Origin: an uncultured Solirubrobacterales bacterium
GTDB lineage: Bacteria > Actinomycetota > Thermoleophilia > Solirubrobacterales > 70-9
Reading direction: 5' to 3'
Assembly: GCA_963790085.1 (NCBI GenBank)
Contig: CAWBNH010000006.1
Coordinates: 306,743-370,742, forward strand
Length of the DNA stretch: 64,000 bases
Shown: positions 9,398-18,045 of the stretch, one piece after another
Position numbering within the stretch: the first letter of the stretch is position 1
Layout of the letters: each line of letters starts with the position of its first letter
Notes under the pieces: generated by a model
What the model was told of the DNA's origin: nothing
What the model saw: the letters and a program-made list of their open reading frames with translations, nothing else
The model's database searches: none
Translations under genes and position numbers: made by a program

Positions 9398-11131
9398 TTG
9401 AGTCGGATCCCACCAAACGCACGCCGTCGCCGCCGCGTCATCAGCCGAGCAGTCCCGGTCGGCCTGCTGGCGGCGGGAGCGTTCGTCGCCGGTGCCGTCA
9501 CGGCGTCGGGGTCCTCGGAGCGGGATTCCGCAGAGCGCTTCGCCGACGCGTGGGCCGCCGGCGACTACGACGGGATGTACGCGGAGCTCAGCGCCGCGGC
9601 TGCCGCTGAGATCAGCCGCAAGCAGTTCGAGCGCGCCTACGATCAAGCCGGGAAGACCGCAACGATCACATCGGTCGCGGTCGGGGAGGCGCGCGGTCCG
9701 ATCAGCGAGGGCAGCGAGGAGACGGTCCCGGTCAGCGTCGATCTGACCACCGCGTCGTTCGGGGTGATCAGCGGCGAGATCGCGATCCCCGTCTCCGACG
9801 GCGCCGTCGACTGGCGTCCGAGCCTGGTCTTCCCCGGGCTCGAGCCGGAGGAGGAGCTGGACCGCCGGATGAGGGCCCCGAAGCGGGCACCGATCCTCGC
9901 CGCCGACCGCTCACCGCTGGCGACAGGGCCCGCGGAGGCCCGGACCACCGTCGGCGCCGGCGGCATCGTGACCGGGGAGCTCGGCGAGGCACCGGCCGAG
10001 CGGGCGGCGGAGATGCGCCGGCAGGGCTTCCCGGAGGGCACTCCCGCCGGCAACAACGGCCTCGAGCTCGCCTTCGACGGCCTGCTTGCGGGCACGCCGG
10101 GCGGCACGCTGCTCGCGGTCGGGCAGGGGGGCCGACGCACGCTCGCCGAGGGGGATCCGATCCCGGGCTCACCGCTGCGCACCACGATCGACCCCGAGCT
10201 GCAGGCGACCGCGGCGGCGGCGCTGGGCGAGCAGTTCGGCGGCGTCGCCGTGCTCGATGCCCGCAACGGCGAGGTCCGGGCGCTGGCCGGGCTCGCGTTC
10301 TCCGCTCCGCAGCCGCCCGGCTCCACCTTCAAGGTGATCACCGCCGTCGGAGCGCTCGAGGAGGGCCTGGCGGAGCCGTCCACCGAGTACCCGGTGGTCA
10401 CGTCGGCCGACGCCGGTGGACGTCAGATCGACAACGCCCACGAGGAGGCCTGCGGCGGCACCCTGGTGCAGAGCTTCGCCCGCTCGTGCAACACGGTCTT
10501 CGCACCGCTCGGGGTCGAGCTCGGTCCGGAGCGTCTGCTCGAGCTGTCCGAGAGGTTCGGCTTCAACTCGCCGCCGACGATCTACAACGAGGACGCGATC
10601 GCGGCGACGCAGCCGGCATCGAGCACGATCCCCGATCCGATCGAGAGCGACCTCGAGGCCGGCGTCAGCGCGATCGGCCAGGGGGAGGTGCTGGCGACCC
10701 CGCTACAGATGGCATCGGTCGCACAGACGATCGCCAACGACGGCGTCCGCTCCCCGACCTCGATGGTCAAGGACCCTGAGCTGGTCTCCGAGGTCGGGGA
10801 CGTCGAGGTGACCACCCCCGAGGTCGCCGCCGAGGTGGCGGAGATGATGGTCGAGGTCGTCCGCTCGGGCACCGGGAGCGCGGCCGCGCTCCCCGATGTG
10901 ACCGTTGCCGGGAAGACCGGAACCGCAGAGCTCGGCCCGAAGGCAGGCTCGGTCCCCGACCCCGCCGATCCCGACGCGGAGCCCGAGCTCGAGGTTGATG
11001 CCTGGTTCACCGCCTACGCGCCGGCGAAGAGGCCGAAGCTCGCGGTCGCGGTGATGATCGTCAACGCGGACGGGGACGGCGGAGTCATCGCCGCGCCGAT
11101 CGCGCGCCAGATCCTCGACGCGGCTCTCTGA
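9398..11131 (+). CDS. class B penicillin-binding protein (transpeptidase) with N-terminal membrane anchor
   Basis: TTG start. A signal/anchor segment 'VPVGLLAAGAFVAGAV' is present. The active-site triad motifs are 'STFK', 'SCN' and 'KTGT'. Confidence 0.85.
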   Translation: MSRIPPNARRRRRVISRAVPVGLLAAGAFVAGAVTASGSSERDSAERFADAWAAGDYDGMYAELSAAAAAEISRKQFERAYDQAGKTATITSVAVGEARGPISEGSEETVPVSVDLTTASFGVISGEIAIPVSDGAVDWRPSLVFPGLEPEEELDRRMRAPKRAPILAADRSPLATGPAEARTTVGAGGIVTGELGEAPAERAAEMRRQGFPEGTPAGNNGLELAFDGLLAGTPGGTLLAVGQGGRRTLAEGDPIPGSPLRTTIDPELQATAAAALGEQFGGVAVLDARNGEVRALAGLAFSAPQPPGSTFKVITAVGALEEGLAEPSTEYPVVTSADAGGRQIDNAHEEACGGTLVQSFARSCNTVFAPLGVELGPERLLELSERFGFNSPPTIYNEDAIAATQPASSTIPDPIESDLEAGVSAIGQGEVLATPLQMASVAQTIANDGVRSPTSMVKDPELVSEVGDVEVTTPEVAAEVAEMMVEVVRSGTGSAAALPDVTVAGKTGTAELGPKAGSVPDPADPDAEPELEVDAWFTAYAPAKRPKLAVAVMIVNADGDGGVIAAPIARQILDAAL

Positions 11132-11159
11132 GGCGCTGAGCGTCCGCGCGGCGGCGGGC

Positions 11160-11705
11160 TCAGATATCGAGCTCGATGATCCCCATCTCGCCGTCCGGGC
11201 CCGGGATCTCCAGCTCGAGCGGGCGGTTCTCGGTCGCCGCCTCCTCGATCAGGTAGAGGACCATCGCGCCCTTGATCGGGCCGCTCGCCGCGGCTGTATC
11301 GAGCCTCGGCAGCTGGCCGTCGGGCTCGATCTCGGCGCCGAGCGGCAACGCAAAGGGGTTCTCGTTGACGTCCAGGGGCTCGAAGGTCTCGTCGCGGCTG
11401 CTGCGGATCGTGAACGAGTCGGGGATCTGCTCGGTCCCGTCACCCTCGTTCTGGATCCGCATGAAGACGGCGAGATAGTCCTCGCCGAGGGGCGGCGGCG
11501 GCTGCCCCTCGAGGTAGTCGGCGTCATCGGTGGCTGCCGGGTTCAGGAAGCGGGTGATCTGCACGTTGTAGAGCAGGTTGCCGACCTCGAGAGGCTCACC
11601 CTCCACGGCCACGCCCTCCTCCTCCTCCGCACCGCAGGCGGCGAGCAGCCCACTGCCGAGCAGCGCAAGCGAAATCAGAACCAGTGTCGTGAATCTCGGG
11701 CGCAT
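11160..11705 (-). CDS. secreted lipoprotein (DUF4352-like)
   Basis: The ATG at 11705 gives 'MRPRFTTLVLISLALLGSGLLAAC', a lipobox with Cys. The rest is beta-rich and acidic. Confidence 0.6.
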   Translation of the reverse strand: MRPRFTTLVLISLALLGSGLLAACGAEEEEGVAVEGEPLEVGNLLYNVQITRFLNPAATDDADYLEGQPPPPLGEDYLAVFMRIQNEGDGTEQIPDSFTIRSSRDETFEPLDVNENPFALPLGAEIEPDGQLPRLDTAAASGPIKGAMVLYLIEEAATENRPLELEIPGPDGEMGIIELDI

Positions 11706-11757
11706 GAGAGGGCGAGAGTCTATAGGCGTCGCGACGACGAGTCGCGCCGGCCGCGGA

Positions 11758-12255
11758 CTAGATGCGGCTGGTGCCGGCAACGTGAAGCGGCTCGATCGGC
11801 TGGTCGCTCTCGATCACGTCACGGAGCCGCCTCAGCGCCTTGCGTAGGTGCTTGCGATACCAGCGCGCCGCGCCGAGCTTGCTCCGGACCTTGTCGAACG
11901 GGTTGCCGGGCTCGGCCCAGAAGGTCACCGACAGGTCGGTGGTCGCAGCCGGGCCCTCGACGAGCTCCCAGATGAACCCGAGGGCCATGCGGTCGGCCCG
12001 GGAGCCGCGGCCGCGCTCGATGATCGTGTGCGGGGGCTCGAGCTCGGTGACCACCGTCTCCATCCAGATCGGAAACAGCGTCGCGTCGGCGTGAAACCGG
12101 GCCGCGGCGCCGACCCCACGCGATTCGAGCCGCTGCAGATGGAAGTCCTCAGCGAAGTGATCGAAGAAGGCCGGTCGGTTGGCGAGATCGGCGACCAGGT
12201 CGAAGACGCGCTCGCGCGGAGCGTCGATCGAGATCTTGGCCGTGACGGGTCTCAT
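11758..12255 (-). CDS. SRPBCC (START/cyclase-dehydrase-like) family protein
   Basis: The ATG at 12255 gives 165 aa starting 'MRPVTAKISIDAPRERVFDLVADLANRPAFF', a typical SRPBCC N-terminus. The upstream part of ORF 11758..12648 is Arg/Pro/Ala-rich shadow. Confidence 0.7.
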   Translation of the reverse strand: MRPVTAKISIDAPRERVFDLVADLANRPAFFDHFAEDFHLQRLESRGVGAAARFHADATLFPIWMETVVTELEPPHTIIERGRGSRADRMALGFIWELVEGPAATTDLSVTFWAEPGNPFDKVRSKLGAARWYRKHLRKALRRLRDVIESDQPIEPLHVAGTSRI

Positions 12256-12331
12256 CGGCGCGGCGATTCTATCCCGGCGGGCCCCTGCGAGCCGTGGGAG
12301 GAGGACGGCGGCCGGCAGCGAAGCAGACGCC

Positions 12332-12640
12332 ATGGAGGCAGCAACGACAGCGGAGCTCCGAATGCTGACCCGCGACGGGGCCGTTCCGGCGGCCCCACCT
12401 CTGGCCGGCGATCCCGCGATATCGAGTCGGCAGCCGATCGACGGCGTCGCCCGCTGCTGCTGCTGCAAGCGGTTCCCGCTTGTCGGCGAGCAGGTCGTAC
12501 GCCATGCTGGACGCAAGGGCGACGGATGGGTCTGTGAGCGCTGCGAAGCGGCCGGTCGGGGCGACGCGATCGGCCCCGCCGGTGAGCGCCTGAGGATCCG
12601 CTCGATCGGCGGAGCGATGAACGTCCGGCGCTCGGCCTGA
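12332..12640 (+). CDS. small Cys-rich protein, putative zinc ribbon (102 aa)
   Basis: The ATG at 12332 is in frame with ORF 12179..12640. 'ARCCCCKRF...(24 aa)...WVCERCEA' looks like a Cys4-type knuckle pair. GC3 bias is only moderate. Confidence 0.45.
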   Translation: MEAATTAELRMLTRDGAVPAAPPLAGDPAISSRQPIDGVARCCCCKRFPLVGEQVVRHAGRKGDGWVCERCEAAGRGDAIGPAGERLRIRSIGGAMNVRRSA

Positions 12641-12676
12641 GTTCGCAAAGAGCGCCCGTTTTCACCGGAATTTCAC

Positions 12677-12704
12677 TTGCGCGCCCCGGATCGGCGGCTA
12701 CGAT
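12677..12704 (+). promoter_or_regulatory. candidate housekeeping-sigma promoter TTGCGC-16 nt-TACGAT, which would give a leaderless or near-leaderless FHA transcript
   Basis: Hexamers read directly from a locally AT-richer stretch. The -10 ends 5 nt before the GTG at 12710 and 11 nt before the ATG at 12716. Confidence 0.25.
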
Positions 12705-12709
12705 ACTTA

Positions 12710-13030
12710 GTGACGATGATTGCTAGCCAATCCATCGGGACGCCGGCATTGATCCGCGACGGTGCGGCGCCGCAGGCGCCGATCGAGATCCCGCTCGGCT
12801 GGAGCAGGGTCGGACGCAGCCCGATGGCGGAGATCCGGCTCAACCACCCGAGCGTCTCCCGGCGACACGCGATGATGGTGCGGACCGAGGACGGGCGGCT
12901 GCGGGTGATCGACGACCGCAGCCTTACCGGCGTCTACCTGAACGGCAAGCGGGTCCGCTGGGGGGAGCTCGCCGACGGCGATCAGCTCTCGGTCGGAGAG
13001 ATCAGCTTCACGGTCCGCCGGCCCGACTAG
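12710..13030 (+). CDS. FHA-domain protein
   Basis: 'GRSPMAEIRLNHPSVSRRHAMMV...VIDDRSLTGVYLNGKRV' matches the FHA core (G-R...S-x-x-H...N-G). Possible starts are TTG 12677, GTG 12710 and ATG 12716. An in-frame TTA at 12707 argues against the TTG start. Confidence 0.8.
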   Translation: MTMIASQSIGTPALIRDGAAPQAPIEIPLGWSRVGRSPMAEIRLNHPSVSRRHAMMVRTEDGRLRVIDDRSLTGVYLNGKRVRWGELADGDQLSVGEISFTVRRPD

Positions 13031-13131
13031 GCCACGGCCTGACTCCCGACGCGCAGCGCGCCCGACCGGCTGGGCGGCCTCTATAGTCGCGGCGTGGCCA
13101 GCGCCAGCATCCAACCCCAGGGGCCCCTCCA

Positions 13132-13962
13132 GTGTCGGTGACGATCTCGGTGCTCTCCCAGAAGGGCGGCACCGGCAAGACGACGACCGTGCGCAGCGTC
13201 GCCGACGTCCTCACCCGCCTCGGGCTCGACGTCCTGTCGGTGGACGCCGACCCACAGGGCAACCTCTCCGACTACTTCGACGTCGATCCGAGCGCCCAGC
13301 CGACGCTCGGCGAGGTGCTCGCGGGCCAGGCCGAGGCCGCCGATGCGATCCACGGCCCGATGATCCCAGCGAACCTCGGCCTCGCCGAGGCCGAGCTGGT
13401 GCTGGCGGGCAAGATCGGCCGCGAGGTGACGATGCGCAACGCGCTCCGCGACGTCAAGCACGACTACGACGTCGTCCTGATCGACTGCCCCCCGACCCTG
13501 GGCCTGCTGACGGTCAACGCCCTGGTCGCGTCCACGCACGCGATCCTCTCCACCCAGGCCCAGCACTTCTCGCTCCAGGGAGTCGAGCAGGCGGTCGAGA
13601 TCTTCAACCTCGCGCGCGACACCCTGAACCCGGATCTGGAGCTGCTCGGCGTCGTCCTCAACATCGCCAACATGCGAACCCGTCACGCCCGCCAGACGCT
13701 CGAGGCGCTCGACGAGCGCTTCCCCGAGAAGGTCTTCGACACGGTCATCCGCCAATCGATCGCCTACGCGGAGTCCGCCGAGCGCGCGGTCCCGATCCTC
13801 GACTACAGGCCGGACCGCGGCTGCGACTACCTGGCGCTGACCGCCGAGATCGTCGCCCGGCTGGGGATGCCGGAGAGGCTCGCGAGCCTCGAGCAGATCC
13901 GCCGCGAGGCGCTGCCCCCCAGCGTCGTCGAGCAGACCGAGCCGATCGGCACTCTGGTCTGA
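13132..13962 (+). CDS. ParA/Soj-family P-loop ATPase (orphan; no parB nearby)
   Basis: The deviant Walker A is 'SQKGGTGKTTT'. 'VLIDCPPTLG' is also present. A TATAGT hexamer sits at 13082..13087 upstream. Confidence 0.85.
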   Translation: MSVTISVLSQKGGTGKTTTVRSVADVLTRLGLDVLSVDADPQGNLSDYFDVDPSAQPTLGEVLAGQAEAADAIHGPMIPANLGLAEAELVLAGKIGREVTMRNALRDVKHDYDVVLIDCPPTLGLLTVNALVASTHAILSTQAQHFSLQGVEQAVEIFNLARDTLNPDLELLGVVLNIANMRTRHARQTLEALDERFPEKVFDTVIRQSIAYAESAERAVPILDYRPDRGCDYLALTAEIVARLGMPERLASLEQIRREALPPSVVEQTEPIGTLV

Positions 13963-14020
13963 GCCCCGGCCTCGGCTGAGCCTCGCTCCGGCTCCGTCGG
14001 CCCCCGTCGAACGAGTGTCA

Positions 14021-14047
14021 AGTTCTCCCGCATAGTCAGGGGGAACT
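14021..14047 (+). terminator. 9-bp stem-loop (AGUUCUCCC-9 nt loop-GGGGGAACU, one G-U pair) downstream of parA
   Basis: Read from the sequence, 59 nt after the parA-like stop. There is no U-tract, so a terminator function is speculative. Confidence 0.25.
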
Positions 14048-14089
14048 CGACAGTCGCCGGTCGCGCGGCCGCAGCCTCGCAGTTGCTCC

Positions 14090-15175
14090 TTGTCTAACTT
14101 CTGCTGGACGCGCTCGGACCCGGGCGGACTGCCGCAGCTGAGAAGGAGGCACGAGACGGCCACAGAGCAGCCAGAGGATCCCGACGTCGACGGACCTGAG
14201 CGGGGCGTGGCGGCGAGCGAGCGGGCGCGCCAGCGGGCGGCGGCGGTCCGGCGGCGCACCGCGCGCGCCTTCGACACCAAGACCGAGCTCTGGCGAGAGG
14301 CGGGCCTGGGCGCCGAGATCAGGGAGGCCGAAGCACGCAGGGCGACGGGCGAGGCCGTGCTGCTGCTGCTCCTGCTCACCGCCGTCCTTGTCGCCTTCGC
14401 CTTCCGCAACGACCTCTTTCCGGGCGCCGGCAAGCCGATTCGCTACGCCACCGCGGTCCTGCTGATCGTCATCGGCTGGGGCCTGGCGCGGACGATCGCC
14501 AGGGGCATCGCACCGCGGCTGATGCGGAGGATGGACCCGGCGACCGCGGGCTCGGTCGGCTTCGTGATCCGGCTGCTGACGATCTTTGTCGTCGTCCTCG
14601 CGTCGCTTGCGATCGCCGGCGTCAAGCCGGCGGCGCTCGTGCTCGGCGGCGCCTTCACCGCCGTCATTCTCGGGCTCGCCGCCCAGCAGACGCTCGGCAA
14701 CGTGATCGCCGGGGCGGTTCTGCTCAGCGCCCGGCCGTTCCGGGTCGCCGACCGCCTCCGCGTCCAGGGGACCGGGATCGACGTCGAGGGCACCGTCGCC
14801 TCGCTCGGGCTCTTCTACACGGTCCTGGTCAGCGGCGGCGACCGGATCCTGATTCCGAACAGCGTGCTGATGACCGTCGCCGTGATGCCGCTCAGGGAGC
14901 CGCAGGCGGTGCGGGTCACGGCGCGCTTCGAGGCGGACGTCACGCCGGCGCTGCTGCAGGGCGTCCTCGAGGAGCGCATCTCGGTCGGCCTGGTCCGCCG
15001 GCCGGAGGTCGAGCTCGGCGAGATCGCGGCCGACGGGACCTCGAGCTTCGAGATCACCGTGACGCCCGATCGCTCCGCCGACGGGGCACAGCTCGCCGAG
15101 GACGTCCTCGGGGCGATCCAGGGCCTGGGCGGCGAGGGCGACACCGACCCGCGCGGGGAGCCCGCGGTCGGCTAG
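14090..15175 (+). CDS. MscS-family mechanosensitive channel
   Basis: TM helices are followed by 'GGAFTAVILGLAAQQTLGNVIAGAVLLSARPFRVADRL', the MscS pore-helix and beta-domain signature. The start is uncertain; the in-frame GTG at 14207 is an alternative. Confidence 0.8.
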   Translation: MSNFCWTRSDPGGLPQLRRRHETATEQPEDPDVDGPERGVAASERARQRAAAVRRRTARAFDTKTELWREAGLGAEIREAEARRATGEAVLLLLLLTAVLVAFAFRNDLFPGAGKPIRYATAVLLIVIGWGLARTIARGIAPRLMRRMDPATAGSVGFVIRLLTIFVVVLASLAIAGVKPAALVLGGAFTAVILGLAAQQTLGNVIAGAVLLSARPFRVADRLRVQGTGIDVEGTVASLGLFYTVLVSGGDRILIPNSVLMTVAVMPLREPQAVRVTARFEADVTPALLQGVLEERISVGLVRRPEVELGEIAADGTSSFEITVTPDRSADGAQLAEDVLGAIQGLGGEGDTDPRGEPAVG

Positions 15176-16119
15176 AGCTCGACCGCGGCGCCGAAGGGGC
15201 TGAACGGGACCCGGGAGACCTGCGCCCAGTCGCCGGCGACGGCGGCGAGATCGTTGCTCAGGTCGGAGCTCGACTGCCAGTAGCTCCAGACGAGCACGGT
15301 CGGGCCGGCGCCGGAGATCGTCGCCCCGAGGGCGCCGAGGTCGCGGGCGGCCTCGACGACCTCCATCGAGCGCTCGTAGAGCGGGCGCCGGTGGGGCTGA
15401 TGCAGGCGGTCGGAGAGGCCGCGCTCGATCAGGGTCAGGTCCGAGCGCTCGATCCCGAGGACCAGGTGCGAGGCGGCGGCGACGTTGTGGGCGGCGTCGG
15501 CGATCGGCACCTCGGCCGGCATCGCCGCCCGCGCCGCCTCGGTCGGGACCTGCTCGGCCGGGATCACGACCAGCGTCTCCACCCCCTCGGGCGGCGCCAG
15601 CCGGGCGGGCACCGGAACCCGCGCGGGCGCCGGGGCGCCGGCCGCGATCTCAACCGGATCGGGTGGCGTCTCACGGAAGGGCGCCCCCGGGGGCGAGCAG
15701 ACGGTGATCCCGCCGTAGAGCGCTGCGGCGACGTTGTCGGGGTGACCCTCGAGCGCGCAGGCATGAGCGAACAGGTCCTCGCGGGAGTTGCCGAGCTCGA
15801 ACAGGTGGTCGGCGGCCATCAGGCCGGCGAGGGCCGCGGCGGCGCTGGAGCCGAGCCCGCGGGCGATCGGGATCTCGTTGCCCACGACCTCGAACCGGAG
15901 CCCGTCGGCCGGGTGCAGGCGCTCGAACGAGCTGACGATCAGGTTGCTGCGATCGGCGGGGAGCCCCTCCCCGCCGGGCTCGATCGAGAACTCCCCGTCC
16001 GGGCTCTCGCTGACCTCGAGCTCGAGGAACAGCGACAGCGCCGCCCCGAGCACGTCATACCCGGGGCCGAGGTTTCCCGAGGATGCGGGGACGCGGACCA
16101 GCCGGCGGCGGGAGGTCAC
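15172..16119 (-). CDS. thrB: homoserine kinase
   Basis: The GTG at 16119 gives 315 aa. 'VPASSGNLGPGYDVLGAAL' and the GHMP motif 'PIARGLGSSAAAALAG' are present. The start overlaps the upstream stop by 4 nt (GTGA). Confidence 0.9.
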   Translation of the reverse strand: MTSRRRLVRVPASSGNLGPGYDVLGAALSLFLELEVSESPDGEFSIEPGGEGLPADRSNLIVSSFERLHPADGLRFEVVGNEIPIARGLGSSAAAALAGLMAADHLFELGNSREDLFAHACALEGHPDNVAAALYGGITVCSPPGAPFRETPPDPVEIAAGAPAPARVPVPARLAPPEGVETLVVIPAEQVPTEAARAAMPAEVPIADAAHNVAAASHLVLGIERSDLTLIERGLSDRLHQPHRRPLYERSMEVVEAARDLGALGATISGAGPTVLVWSYWQSSSDLSNDLAAVAGDWAQVSRVPFSPFGAAVEL

Positions 16120-16655
16120 TGACGCCACTTGATCGAGCAGCCGATCGGCTGCGTCAGGCGCGGATCGGGCTGCTCGCCGGCGAGCACGGCAGTGAGCGCG
16201 TCCCGCAGCCACCCGGCCGCCAGCTCGGGCCGCTCGTGGTCTGGATCGGGGGCGCCCCGGTAGGCGAGCCGCAGATCGGGGTCGAGGACGAAGACGTCGG
16301 GGGTGGTTCGCGCGCCCCAGGCGCGGGCCGCCGACTGATCGGCGTCGTGCAGGTAGGGGACCGGCCAGCCCTCGGCCCGATGCCGATCGCGCATCGCCTC
16401 GAGCGAGTCCGCGGGGTAGCGCTGGGCGTCGTTGGAGTTGACCATCAGCAGGCCGACGCCGGCCTCGGCGTAGTCACGCGCGACATCGAGCAGGCGATCG
16501 TGCCAGGCGAGCGCGTAGGGACAGTGGTTGCAGGTCCAGACGACCACCGTCGCCGGCGCGTCGCCGGGGTTCGGCAGGGTGTGCATGGCCCCGTCCGTGT
16601 CGGGAAGCTCCAGCGGCGGCGCCGGATCGCCGATCGCGAGCCCATCTGCGTTCAC
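16116..16655 (-). CDS. thioredoxin-fold redoxin (PRX-like/TlpA-like, CxxC)
   Basis: The active site is 'WTCNHCPY' and the C-terminal motif is 'GCSIKW'. 4-nt overlaps on both sides indicate translational coupling. Confidence 0.8.
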   Translation of the reverse strand: MNADGLAIGDPAPPLELPDTDGAMHTLPNPGDAPATVVVWTCNHCPYALAWHDRLLDVARDYAEAGVGLLMVNSNDAQRYPADSLEAMRDRHRAEGWPVPYLHDADQSAARAWGARTTPDVFVLDPDLRLAYRGAPDPDHERPELAAGWLRDALTAVLAGEQPDPRLTQPIGCSIKWRQ

Positions 16656-17002
16656 CTGCTGCTCCTTTCGATCCCCTGCCTGAGCGCGTCGCGGATGTCG
16701 GCCGGGTCGGGGATCGCCGAGATCCGCCCGTCGCGCAGTCTGTAGACGCGGCAGGTTAGCCCGGTGGCGGTCTCAGCCGGCGCCTGGATATCGCGGCCCT
16801 CGACCCGGATCGTCGGTGAGCCGACGAACCGCTCGGCGTCGGCGTCCTCGTCGGTCTCGACCTCGTGCACGACGACCGCCGCGGGATCCAGCCCGACGGC
16901 CTCCATCGCCGCCCGCAAGCGCTCGAGTGCCTGCTCCCAGGAGGGACAGCCACGCCACCAGAGCAGCTCGACCGAGGGGCTCGGGGAGGGTTCGTCGACC
17001 AC
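16652..17002 (-). CDS. small thioredoxin-fold-like protein (116 aa)
   Basis: GTG at 17002. 'LLWWRGCPSWEQA' sits in a Trx-like position, with a second Cys in 'GLTCRVY'. The family is not recognised precisely. Confidence 0.5.
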   Translation of the reverse strand: MVDEPSPSPSVELLWWRGCPSWEQALERLRAAMEAVGLDPAAVVVHEVETDEDADAERFVGSPTIRVEGRDIQAPAETATGLTCRVYRLRDGRISAIPDPADIRDALRQGIERSSR

Positions 17003-17036
17003 GGCGCGAGAGTAGTGCAGCGCCCGGCCTGCCGGC

Positions 17037-18029
17037 CTACCAGTCGCCGGAGGCGAGGCGCTCGGCGCCGCCGGCGATGCCGTGAGCGAAGACACCCCTC
17101 GCGGGGACCTCGGCGCCGGGCAGCAGCACGCCCGCCCGCAGCCGGGCACCGGCGCCGATCCGCGAGCCCGCACCGACGATCAGCGGCCCGACCAGGTTCG
17201 CCCCGGGCCCGATCTCCACGTCGCTGCCGATCAACACCGGCCCGCTGACCTCGACCTCGCCCGCGAGCGTCGTCTCGCCCTCGAGCAGCTCGCCGACCGG
17301 ATCGACAGCCACGCGGCCCCCGAGCGCGTCGAGATTGCCGGTCACGTACTCGGGCAGCGTCCCGATGTCGTTCCAGTAGCGGTCGATGCGGTGGACGTGG
17401 AAGGGCACGTCATGGGCGAGCAGTGCCGGGAAGACGTCGGTAGCGAAGTCGAGCGGGTCGCCGTCGGGGAAGTAGTCGAAGACCTCCGGGCTGAAGGCGT
17501 AGATCATGCAGTTGACGAGGTCCGAGAGCGCCTCGGCCGGGTCCGGCTTCTCCTGAAAGCCCTGCACGCGCCCCTCGCCGTCGGTGACGATCACCCCGTA
17601 CTGGCTGACGTCAGCCACCTGCTTGACGGCGAGCGTCGCGACGCCGCCGTTGGCGCGGTGGGCGGCGACGAGGTCGGCGAGGTCGACATCGGTGAGGGCG
17701 TCGCCGGCGAGCACCACGAACGCATCATCGCCGCCGCCGGCGAGGAACTCGGCGACCCCGCGCACCCCGCCGGCCGTGCCGAGCAGCTCCTCCTCGTACC
17801 GGTAGCTGAGCTCGACTCCATACTCGGAGCCGTCCCCGACGCAGGCCTTGACCGTCTCGGGGAACCAGTGGAGGTTGGCGATCACCTGGTCGAATCCGTG
17901 GCTCGACAGCAGCTGCACCAGGTGAGCGGCGATCGGTCGATTGCAGACCGGGACGACCGGCTTTGGGATCTCCCAGGTGATCGGGCGCAGCCTCGTGCCG
18001 AGCCCCGCTGCCATGACCATCGCTCTCAT
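17037..18029 (-). CDS. NDP-sugar pyrophosphorylase (nucleotidyltransferase plus left-handed beta-helix)
   Basis: The N-terminus is 'MAAGLGTRLRPITWEIPKPVVPV'. The C-terminus has hexapeptide repeats. Confidence 0.85.
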   Translation of the reverse strand: MRAMVMAAGLGTRLRPITWEIPKPVVPVCNRPIAAHLVQLLSSHGFDQVIANLHWFPETVKACVGDGSEYGVELSYRYEEELLGTAGGVRGVAEFLAGGGDDAFVVLAGDALTDVDLADLVAAHRANGGVATLAVKQVADVSQYGVIVTDGEGRVQGFQEKPDPAEALSDLVNCMIYAFSPEVFDYFPDGDPLDFATDVFPALLAHDVPFHVHRIDRYWNDIGTLPEYVTGNLDALGGRVAVDPVGELLEGETTLAGEVEVSGPVLIGSDVEIGPGANLVGPLIVGAGSRIGAGARLRAGVLLPGAEVPARGVFAHGIAGGAERLASGDW

Positions 18030-18045
18030 CTCGGCAGCAGGTTAG

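Noticed and set aside
14143-14158. A strong AAGGAGG followed 6 nt later by an in-frame ACG (no ATG, GTG or TTG) upstream of the MscS core. This could be a non-canonical start.
   Set aside because: ACG initiation is rare and I cannot test it here. The AAGGAGG may simply be codons of a longer N-terminus starting at TTG 14090. The MscS start is left uncertain.
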